Shown here in pieces: positions 36,624 through 46,121 of a stretch of 64,000 bases of DNA. Source of the stretch: Neodothiora populina (taxonomy: Eukaryota); NCBI RefSeq assembly GCF_041146345.1, contig NW_027191405.1:1798001-1862000 (forward strand). The letters run 5' to 3'. A program made the translations under genes and the position numbers. The notes under the pieces are model-generated. The model worked only from the letters and a program-made list of their open reading frames with translations. It was not told the DNA's origin and made no database searches. Within the stretch, counting starts at the first letter, position 1. Each line of letters begins with the position of its first letter.

Positions 36624-38353
36624 GACGTAGGTAAAGCCGTCGAGCGGGCTGTCTCCTTCGGTATAGGGTGGTGGAGGCTCTCCGTCGTCGAGGTCCTTGT
36701 CCTTGGAAGAGGAAGGGTCTTTGCTGTCTCGTGGAAGAGCAGCTTTGGTGTCAGCGACGACTGCAGCAGCTGCCGAGGATGACGACGACTCTTCAAAGGG
36801 GGAGCCGGCGCAAAAGCAGGCGGCGGGTTCTCAGCAGAGACAGAGCCGGGAGTAGACTCAGGTGAGAAAGATGGAGGATCCTCCTGAGTGGGATAGTAAA
36901 GCGAGGGGAAGTTATGCGACGAGAACGGCGGTGGATCCGAAGAGTCGGCAGAGTCCTTGGGTTGATCTGAATCTACGGCTTCAGTTGACGCTGCTGTTGT
37001 TTCAGCGGGTCGTGGTGACGGTGTTGCTGTCTCTGTTATCACTGCTAGAGTAGCCGATGTGTCGATTTCGGGGGTCGAAAGTGTGGTTAACGAGTGATGA
37101 GGTGGAGGGGAAATCGACGACTTCTCGGGAGGCGGAGTGTCGTGAGGTGCAAATGAGCGTGTGGTAGGGATGGACGAATGCTCTGAATCCAATGCGGCGG
37201 TGACTCGAAATGTAATAGGTAAGTAGTGTTTCTGCTCCACTGTAGAGTCGAGCGGTCCAGCTTCAAGGGCAGATAGACGATACAGCAGCGCAGCTACTTG
37301 TTGTTATGTCACGCGAACGATCGCGATGTATATGTCTATGTAGAGAGCATCCGTGGGGCGGGGCAGTCTGCAGTAAGTGGAGGTGGAGGCGCTTGTGACA
37401 AGACTGCAGTATCGAAGATTATAGCTGTTTCTACACTCGGTGCGATCGAGAGGGCAGCGCTAGGTATATGAAGTCCGTTGTGGTGGATGAAGGAGAGAAC
37501 AAGGCAAAGGGAAGTGACACGGTGAGACAGGTAAAGAACAGACACGGGACGACGGTACAGCAGGAAATTATACAATACAGTATGGATGAAACGTTGAGCG
37601 AAGTGCACCAGTCGACCGTATTCCTGACACTTGTGAGCTGGTGTCAAGGACTTCTCTGATCGGAGACCAGAACGAGTGGCTAAGAAGGCTTATCAGGTGT
37701 ATATAATCTCGCACTCTGGCAAGTCATGTTGTCACGCTGCTTTGTGAGGCTAATACAACCCCGTACTGAGATACCGCTGCTACTCTGCAAATTGCCTGTG
37801 CTTCCGGTCCACCAGTCCGATCTTACTTGAAGGTCCAGTGTAGGAACTGACAGTAGCTGTACTGTGTGATACACCGAGATCGTACAACACAGCACAATAC
37901 CTACCTACCAATTAAGGTACAGTACCTACATTAGCAGCATAAGAGGGCTGGAGATTCGAACCTTAATCTGGCACATGTTCTTACAGTAAATAATGAATGC
38001 TTGCCTCATGATACCGTACTCATATATGTGATATCGTGCGTATTTATCATACCATATATCCCAATTTTATTCCAAGCTTGTCGTCTGTGCGAACCACCGC
38101 CGCGTAAACTGCGGCTTCTCGACATGCTCCGCTTTCTTTCTGCTTTAAATTCTCAGTTTGTGACAGCTTCTGAACTATTTCAATCCCCACTACCGTTTCT
38201 CAATCTGACCTCACACACACCACTTCCTGCCTCATATGCGAGCTATCACAGCGGACATGGCGCAGGTAGCTGTGTGTAGTCTTGGAGAGTCATTTGCGCG
38301 TAGTGGCTCCACGTAATGTAAGTCAAAAATCTCTCTCTTCATAGATTTGCACA

Positions 38354-38430
38354 CTGGGATGAACTTTTACCGAACAATCCAATTCCTATAGCGTCGTGAA
38401 GGATTATTTACTCTAGAATTACTCTGAGAA
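38354..38430 (+). ncRNA. Box C/D snoRNA, U45/SNORD45-like (18S Am at GGUAAmUUCUAGAG); second guide to 25S GUUGGAUUGUUC
   Basis: C-like GGGATGA 38356-38362, D CTGA 38424-38427 preceded by CTCTAGAATTAC (antisense to 18S GTAATTCTAGAG); GAACAATCCAA 38372-38382 antisense to 25S TTGGATTGTTC. Confidence 0.85.
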
Positions 38431-38686
38431 ACCTAGCAATCCATTTGTTCTACATCATCATTGATGAAAATGCTCATCGCTGACTTGCCATCTGCATTAG
38501 TTATCATCGTCGACACTCCATTCACTCTCGTCATGGACAATTTCTTCAAAGATTCGGTGTTACCTTCGTTGGTTCGACTCCTTGTTCTTTACATCAACAA
38601 ACCGGGCCTCGAATCTTGTCACAGCATTCGAGGCCCAACTCTTCAAAAGGTCAGTTTGAACAGAAATATCTTCCACTACACTTTCT

Positions 38687-38780
38687 TCTGTGATGAAATT
38701 ATGACACACGAATTGGCATTCCTCGACCTTAATATATCATGTCGAAACCGTCGCAATTAAGTTTCAGCCTTGTCTGACCT
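38687..38780 (+). ncRNA. snR41: Box C/D snoRNA snR41 (18S Gm1126; probably also Am541, yeast numbering)
   Basis: C GTGATGA 38690-38696; D CTGA 38774-38777 preceded by TTAAGTTTCAGCCTTG, a 16-nt antisense to 18S CAAGGCTGAAACTTAA with the D+5 rule landing on G; D' CTTA preceded by TTCCTCG. Confidence 0.92.
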
Positions 38781-38883
38781 CCTTTGAAAAATCACTTCTC
38801 CCATCGAAACCAATATTGCATGACTGTGTGCTGACATTGTCTGCTTTAGGTATCCCATCACTGCCACAATCCCTTGCCCCTCT

Positions 38884-39012
38884 TGCATGAAGAAAGTTTG
38901 AACGAACGGGCGGACTTAATGCCGTCTCGGTCGCCATCGGTAAACACGAGGCGTACAAACCTCGTCGATGGATGCGCCGGGAATTGCTTGCTGAGATGTC
39001 GTCACCTGATCC
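38884..39012 (+). ncRNA. snR70: Box C/D snoRNA snR70 (18S Cm1639)
   Basis: C ATGAAGA 38887-38893; guide ACGGGCGG before D' CTTA 38915-38918, antisense to 18S CCGCCCGT; internal ACGAGG/CCTCGT stem; D CTGA 39006-39009; lies between snR41 and snR51 as in the yeast cluster. Confidence 0.82.
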
Positions 39013-39133
39013 ACTTGCCAAACATACGCCTTCTGGAGAACCAAAATACAACATGACAAAATCTGTATACTAACCCCCATGCCTAGGTATGCTTTTCTCT
39101 CTCACCATCACACCGCAATGCAATCGCACATCT

Positions 39134-39227
39134 TAGATGATGAACAACCTTATTCACACTGTTTGACCGGACCAACTTGTAACGAGGTTGGTCTGGAATG
39201 AACATTAAACACTGAAAATTCTGATTT
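39134..39227 (+). ncRNA. snR51: Box C/D snoRNA snR51-like (25S Um2729 via D', Um2724 via D)
   Basis: C ATGATGA 39137-39143; TATTCACACTG before D' TTGA 39163-39166; 12-bp hairpin 39167-39196; ACACTGAAAAT before D CTGA 39221-39224; both guides antisense to 25S ATTTTCAGTGTGAATA. Confidence 0.88.
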
Positions 39228-39451
39228 AATGAGGTAAGCTCAACTCCAGCCTATGACAAAGCTCTTGTGGCTGACGTGCTAAAGCCTGATCCAGATGCTG
39301 CTATGCTTCTTTACCACCGAATTCGCTTCACGGACATCACTTCTTGATGAGTGAGCTGACCCCTCGGTGTAGTGAATCGAAAGAACGACTCGAAAATCTT
39401 CTTAGAGACGATATCATCGTAAGTTCATAATCTACATGCCCCTCCCCACCT

Positions 39452-39536
39452 ATCTGATGAACAAAGATATTCGCTGTGTTCTTCCTGAGACACGTCGTTG
39501 AAGACTACTATATCATTCACTTTGGAGACCTGACAA
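39452..39536 (+). ncRNA. Box C/D snoRNA with dual guides: 5.8S Am (GAAGAmACGCAGCGAA) and 25S Cm (GGUCUCmCAAGG, U55/SNORD55-like)
   Basis: C CTGATGA 39454-39460; TTCGCTGTGTTCTTC before D' CTGA 39485-39488; C' TTGAAGA; TTCACTTTGGAGAC before D CTGA 39530-39533 (one G-U pair in each duplex). Confidence 0.88.
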
Positions 39537-42500
39537 AAATCGCCATCATCATGCATATGCGATATTCCATACCTTTTGCGAGCAGATCACTGACATGTGA
39601 TGCAGATGCAGTGCCCTGAAGATCTTACTAGTTCTATAGCCCGCATAATCAAAAACTTCCCTGAAGGATAAAACCCTCATAGTAAACGTGATGAACCCGT
39701 GCATGTGGTAGCAAGTGTGATACTGCCACGCTAGCACTGTACTGTCACTCCCATATCGTCCTGCATATAAAATCATTCGATAGGCGTGTCTTTGGTGATG
39801 TGTTTCACTAATAAAATCGATGTGGTGTGGCAATCGCTTGGTTTGTATAAGACCGCTGCCATGTGGTGGTGCCTGCCCTGCCATCCCTTCAGTCCCGTGG
39901 TTACCGAGCCAATGGTATGGGTGGGCTACTTACTGTACCTTCAGGTACCTAGCCTAGGTGCTTTAGCTTCTCCAGGAGACACACGTCCCGCCGTCAATCT
40001 ATCAGGGTTCCACTGCATGTCATGGCTACTACTACCTCACCTCACATGCACATGCACATAGCTCGCTCAGGTGCCTTAATTCCATCCTAAACCACTACCG
40101 GGAAATTGATTCGCTGATACGAACACATGGTCTCGTACCTACTATACGTGCATCTAGATATAGGCAGACTTTCGTGCCTTTGTGTTCAATAATCTGATAG
40201 ATATACCTACTTGCTCATATATCTACCTTTCTTACCTCGCTGCATGTGGTATATGCATGGCAGGAGCATCACGAATGAATCCCATCACCGAAATCATCAA
40301 GTCTCATTGATGCTGACTGACCAATAGATCCCGTTCCGCTCAGTCCATGAATCTACCAAGCCCAATAATATGTCATCTGCTGGACATATGCGTATCATTT
40401 ATCTCCCTGTCTCATCTGTATCTGTTCAAGTTTACGGTAAACGGGCAAACGACTAAACCTCACTTTTTCCAATGTGAAGTCAAAGCCATAGAGACGAGCG
40501 TCACGAAAACATCATTCAATATCTTTTACGACATTGGCAAATGCAGTAAAGACAGGTGGATCGACAGATGGCAGGAATACCTAAGGAACTGTAACGCTGC
40601 TTGTTGAAGCTATGCTCTGTAGAGTCTTTGAACCTGAAGAGTAAAGTACTTGTCGAGATTTGATATTGGAGGGCATGTAATCGTCCGCTGGTGCTGTCAC
40701 TATCCCTGTTGCTGTCTGTTTTGTGGGACATGCCGTGATTCGTCTGCCAGAGAGATGCTGAGCTTTCCAATATGAGATCTATACCGTGCAATACACGCCT
40801 AGTTACCTTTAGCAAGGAATGCGAAAAGGCACTTAAAGCAATCAGCAGAACTATCCAGGAACACCACAGTACAACAACAATCTGCAAAAAGGCAGTATAA
40901 CACGCGATATGCCCACTCTACTTCCAAAAGGAAAGAAGAATGCATTGTCCCCTTCCCGTTACTCTTTTCCTTTGTGTTTCCAGAAAGAGCACTAGACTTT
41001 GACAGAAGGCACAGCATACCAATTCCAGTGATGCGTGCATTAGAATGGTTGATCTGCAGAGATGCTGGTTCTAACTATACATACGTAAATACATATGCGG
41101 AAGAAAAAGGTGTCAAGAAGATAAATTGCTCCAGGAAAAAGTGAATGTGGACAGGCGGATTGGACAGGAACAGAGCTCGGAAGATGATTTCATCACATAT
41201 TAAGGTAAAATAGATGGACGGGTGTCCGACTGGCTCTGGCTTGTTGGCTGCTGGGTCTTGACTTGTCTTACTAGGTAACGCATGTTGTTACCAAAGAGGT
41301 CTGGTACGGGGCAGAATAATAAGGGGAGGCAAAAAGACAATACGACTACTACCGCTACAATGCGCGATCGTGTCCGGGTCATAAGGCTCCTCCAAAAGCA
41401 CGAGCTTCGCGCGTGACGGTATAAGGTGGAGGGGGGGACAGTAGCATGTGGTCGCTCGTCACGGCTGGGTGCATATCGGAACGGAGCAGGAGGGAGGATG
41501 AGAAAACCATAGGGAAAACGTCACTCACTCTTTGGACGGAAACGCTATAGGTTGGTTACACAAGGGCTTTTTTTTGGCAGCATGGGGGGCGGGCGGCGTG
41601 GTTGGTCGCAGGTGGCCTAGCGCACATTCCCATCATTCACCCTACCCACGCTTTCGGTCGCTGGAATTTTCCCACATGCCCGCTTAACCAGCTGGCTGTT
41701 CTTGAAGACGCTTTTGATGTTGTCGGAGAATGATATCCCTGCCTTCGGGTTATCTATACATCAAGCAATGTGACAATTCGGGGACGACCAGTATCGCCAA
41801 GAGGTGAGAAAACCGTGGCACTAAGGGTGGTGTCGATTTGAAACACCACGTCAGTCAATCGACTGGGAGTCGTCCCCTGGGGCAGTCAATAACATCGAAG
41901 CTAGATCTGATCGTGCGCAATGAGCATCGGTCGAAGACGGCCTCAAGCCACATGGTCTACTATCAAGCGAGCTCCCCGAGAAAAGCATAAGAGTGACGAT
42001 GTGCAGTCGAGCAATAGTGCCTGTGATTCGTTTCTTGGAATGTGCGTTTGTCTCATTGACCAACTGCACGTTTGCGTCCACTGACTTAGTGATGATTACG
42101 AAGTGCACTTCATTTACTCCGCATGTGGGTGATGAGTACCCTAAGCGCTGCAGTCGATGGATGTGCCGCTGCATGCAGCCCAGGATCTCGTAGATCGGTA
42201 GCCACAGCGGAGGCGAATATGCATGCTTTCGTAGTAGTATGATCCCAGCCCTTTGGTAGTGGCGTAATTTGTCCTGCAGTCCTTCCTAACTGAAGGTGAT
42301 GGATTTTCATAGCGGACCACACAACAGCAGAAGTATGACCTGTTCAGACAAGGCATATGTTAGGAATGTCGGGCTTTGAATCAATTCTTCGACGGACCAA
42401 GTAGCCTTACATTTTAGAAGATTCATAGGGGCAGCTTGGGAAGATACAAACTTGAGCAGAGGTTACGCATCCGGTCATGCTCGTCCGAATCCATTCGTCT

Positions 42501-43229
42501 GCTGGCATCGCAACTCAACCGCATTCGGTTGACGAAGACCAGGCCTCTACGTACAAATACTTGTTACGAGCTTGACAAAGAAGCCAGGCCTGTTAGGATC
42601 TTGCTCTTTGTCACGCACTCAGTGTCTTTTCCATCGCAGTCTTGACATATATCAAAGAAGAACAGGACAAGAGGCCTAAGAAAGGACCAAGTGGTGGATT
42701 GGTCTTCGCAGTGCTAGCACGCCGCAGAGCAGTGTCTGAGAGCTGGTTTCGTGAAAGAAAAATTGCGTACCTGATTGCTGTCGCAACGTTTGTCTAAGGT
42801 TCGTGGAAGTTGCTCATCGCGCACTCGATTGGGATGTGCGACAGCATGCATGCTCCCGTCCATACTCATCTCCGGCAAGCCGGAATCAAGTTAATTCTTG
42901 GAACAGATTATTAAGGCAGCATTGGGTGTGCTAGACTTCATCAGGATCTGCCCAGGTTTGCGACGACATCAGGCAAGGCAGAACTTTGGTCTGAGACATC
43001 TGTGTCGACAGTAGCAGCTTGCCCAAGCTAAGTCGAGGAGTCCTAAACGTAAATCTCCAAGCATAGAACCAGCATCGTGTCATCGATCAAGGGTGGTTGC
43101 TTCCAGTCAAACTTTTCGACCTCTCGAGACGGACAAAGCAGCTTGCCGTCCGCAAGTGCACACCTCAGCAAACGTGAGACACAGCAAAAAGAAGTGGGCT
43201 CTGACTTCGCTTCGACTCAGTACTCTGAA

Positions 43230-44723
43230 ATGTCTACATCCAGATCCAAGCAGTCCGCCAATCTGGTGTCAGATCAGGGCGAACTTGAATACAGCCTTCA
43301 ATATGTTGCGCAGCACAACGCCGAGCAGGACAAATACGTGTATATGGTGGACCCCCCATCGGCGGCCTTGGGTCTCCCCTCATACCAAGCCCCAGAACAC
43401 GCCAATGTAGAAGCAGGTCCCGTCAGTCTACTTGTCTTAGATGAGTAAGGATGCGAATTGACGATTGTGTAGAGCACCTATGATGATCCTTACAAGGATA
43501 TCAGAGAAGAGGAGTACCAGTACTCCGATATGTCCATGCAGACTGGCTCCACTAACCATACGCCCTCGACCCCGTACTCAATTGCTGGCCGTAGTACCCG
43601 AAGCAAAAGAGCAACGCCGCGGACCGACTCACCCATTAGTCCTGGCACAACGGGTCCAGCAGCAAAAGCCAAGGGGAAGAAGAGGGCGAGGAAGGAGCTG
43701 CCTTCAGAGTATCAGCTCAAGGTTCCCTTTTCACTGCTCGAAGTAAATTGGGGCAACATACCACTCAAAGCAGTGCACCAACGCGCACAGTGGTCACAAT
43801 CGGAACGGAAGAGCCAGGCGACGAAAAAGGATGGCCGGATAGCTCGCCCGATGAACTGTTTCATGCTGTATCGGGCGGCATGGGCAGATCGCTGTAAGCA
43901 CTACTTCAAAATCTCCAACCATCAGCTGGTCTCGGCCATTTGTGCATACAGCTGGAATCTGGAGCCCAAAGAGGTGCAATCGCAGTGGAGGATGTTATCA
44001 AAGCAAGAAAGTGATAATCACAAGGCTCATCTGCCGGGGTATCGATACCAACCATCTAAGCCATTAGGCAAACGGGAGCACGAAGACTCTGAGAACGAAG
44101 GATATGGTGTCGATGGTGACCCTGATGGGGATTATGTACCCTCGGGACGACAAACGAAGCAGGCTAAGCGTCAGCAGCCGCACCCGATCGAATATCTCTC
44201 GACAACACCTTACGCATCAGACCCTTACAATGCTCCGGTGCAGACAGAAGGGAACGCACAAGGGTCTCAGATGATCCCGTACAACCAATGGCAGCCATAC
44301 TTCGGTCAAGATGGACACTACTTGTCGGCCCAGAACCAATGGCAGACTGGCATCGGAGAAGCTAGAATGGTGAACAGCACTCCCGTTTCGACCTACTCCG
44401 CCAGTGATGGATTGGTGGGACTGCCGGGTGGCCCCCACCTAGACATGGCTTATCAGTCCCGCACGCATACACCGATGAGCCAATACCAACAGCAAGCTCG
44501 GCCAGAGGATAGCTTCCATAATCAGAACGCGATTGCGTATCGAGAGCACGAACTCCAGGCGAGCACCGACCCTGGCTTTGGGATGAATATCGGCCATGAA
44601 TCGCACTTTACGGAAGCGATGGGTGGATATGGAAATGTCATCCATCAGGACTGGACGGCAGAGATCGATCCGTTATTGAATGATGGGTTTCCTTCCGAAT
44701 ACCCATTCGGGATGAATCAATAG
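43230..44723 (+). CDS. MATA_HMG/Ste11-type HMG-box transcription factor (not MAT1-2-1)
   Basis: RIARPMNCFMLYR...NHQLVSAICAYSWNLEP...HKAHLPGYRYQP; intron 43422-43472 (GTCAGT..TTGAC..TAG) links an upstream exon in phase 0; start codon uncertain. Confidence 0.85.
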
Positions 44724-45199
44724 ATGAGACATAGGTGTAATATTATGGTGTGGCCGGGTGTTATGGAGAAACCTCTCCTTACTCGCGATGAAGCCATTGG
44801 GATAGCATATACTGGGCAACTGGGTAGATCAGCAGCCGCAAGGCTCATACAGACAACCGGAGTTGGAGATTTTTGGTTCTGTAGATGAGGTATTTTATGC
44901 GCAAGGTTTTTGCATGTGACCGATCGAATGGCCTAAACATTTCCAATGAGACGGGTCCTTGTATGCTATTCAAATTCGGTAACGGGATGATGACCATTGG
45001 TCTTCAAGATGCTGGCTCACTTGTGAGATGGCACCAGACATGCCCCGGTTTGCATGAGCAAAGATACAATCAGCGGACCTGGCATGACAGTCGATCAATG
45101 TAATGCGCTTTGCCCAAGCAATTGTTGTCAAGGTAATGTAAGGTAAGGTGCAAGGGATAAGAGCGGATACTAAAGTCCGGGTCAGGCCGAGGACCCAAT

Positions 45200-45265
45200 C
45201 TCGACGCGCGCTCGAGTCACAACGGTCGACGCGTTGAGTCATGCGCTATCGCGTATTACCGCGTC
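45200..45265. promoter_or_regulatory. Cluster of MCB-like (MluI cell-cycle box) elements upstream of PSF1
   Basis: ACGCGC 45204-45209, ACGCGT 45229-45234, TCGCGT 45249-45254, CCGCGT 45259-45264, within 140 nt of the ATG of a DNA-replication gene. Confidence 0.7.
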
Positions 45266-45339
45266 ACTCAATATAGCTTGACAGCCCAAGTACCCAAGAA
45301 TTACTCTGTCGTTGTTCCCAGCCAGGCAAGTCTCCAGGG

Positions 45340-46121
45340 ATGTACGGCGAAGCAGGCAACAAGTTGGTATGTGGTGACTGGTGAAGTACAGGAAATCACA
45401 CACGATTCAGCGAACACAACACTAATTCATGGTACCGCTAGGTGCAACATGCCAAAAGGACACAAGCACTGGCACATCTCCCAGCTTATCAGACAGAATT
45501 GGTCCGGAGCGTAGCACGCGAGGTGCGCGAGCTCAATCGTGATGTTGCTGCACTACTAGAGCCATTCGGCGGTTCCTTCATTCCATCCCAAGAACCTGCT
45601 ACGGCATGCACACTCCTGGTCAACCACTTGAGCATGCGCCGCAACAAACGGTGTCTCTTAGCATACCATCGTGTCAGGACAGAGAAGCTGGAAGAGATGT
45701 GTTGGAATGGCATTGACGTTGTCGGTAGCGAATTGGCACACCAAGTTCTGGGCGGACAGCCGAGCATGGCCGTTCCGGAAGCCAACAAAAGTAGTTTGAG
45801 CCCCGAAGAGGAGGAGTATGTCAGGATGTACGGTGACCTGTTGGCTGCCTACAAAGGCCAATGGACAGATATTGATCTTACAGGAAGCCTTGAGCCGCCC
45901 ACCGACCTGTTCATCGATGTGAGAGTGCTCAAGGATGCAGGCGAGATACAGACAGAATACGGGTGAGCTCGGATTTTCTCCATTTCTGACTTCGTTACGC
46001 AGAGCTCTGCTAACACAGCTCTTGTAGTGCTATCAATTTGACCAAGAACAGCCAATTCTATGTCCGCCAGGGTGACGTTGAACGACTCATCCAGCAGGGC
46101 TATCTACAAAAGCTAAGCTGA
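45340..46121 (+). CDS. PSF1: GINS complex subunit Psf1
   Basis: MYGEAGNKL|VQHAKR..HLSMRRNKRCLLAYHRVR..DLFIDVRVLKDAGEIQTEYG|AINLTKNSQFYVRQGDVERLIQQGYL; two introns. Confidence 0.96.

Larger units (their letters stand above)
38318..39605 (+). ncRNA. Non-coding snoRNA host gene with five introns (38318-38500, 38650-38849, 38850-39086, 39087-~39294, 39419-39605); transcript ends not defined
   Basis: Five donor/branch/acceptor sets (GTAAGT, GTCAGT, GTATCC, GTATGC, GTAAGT; GCTGAC/TACTAAC/ACTGAC; YAG), each enclosing one C/D snoRNA; no credible ORF in the exons. Confidence 0.85.

Noticed and set aside
38571..38581. GGTTCGACTCC (tRNA T-loop/B-box-like); also a similar motif at ~37951-37964 on the minus strand
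   Set aside because: No cloverleaf stems or properly spaced A box
38400..39054. Short ORFs on both strands and a protein-like minus-strand frame with stops, initially read as a pseudogene
   Set aside because: Fully explained by the plus-strand snoRNA introns
43230..44723. HMG-box gene as the mating-type gene MAT1-2-1
   Set aside because: No intron within the HMG box, APN2/SLA2 are absent from the window, and the motif pattern fits a non-MAT MATA_HMG factor
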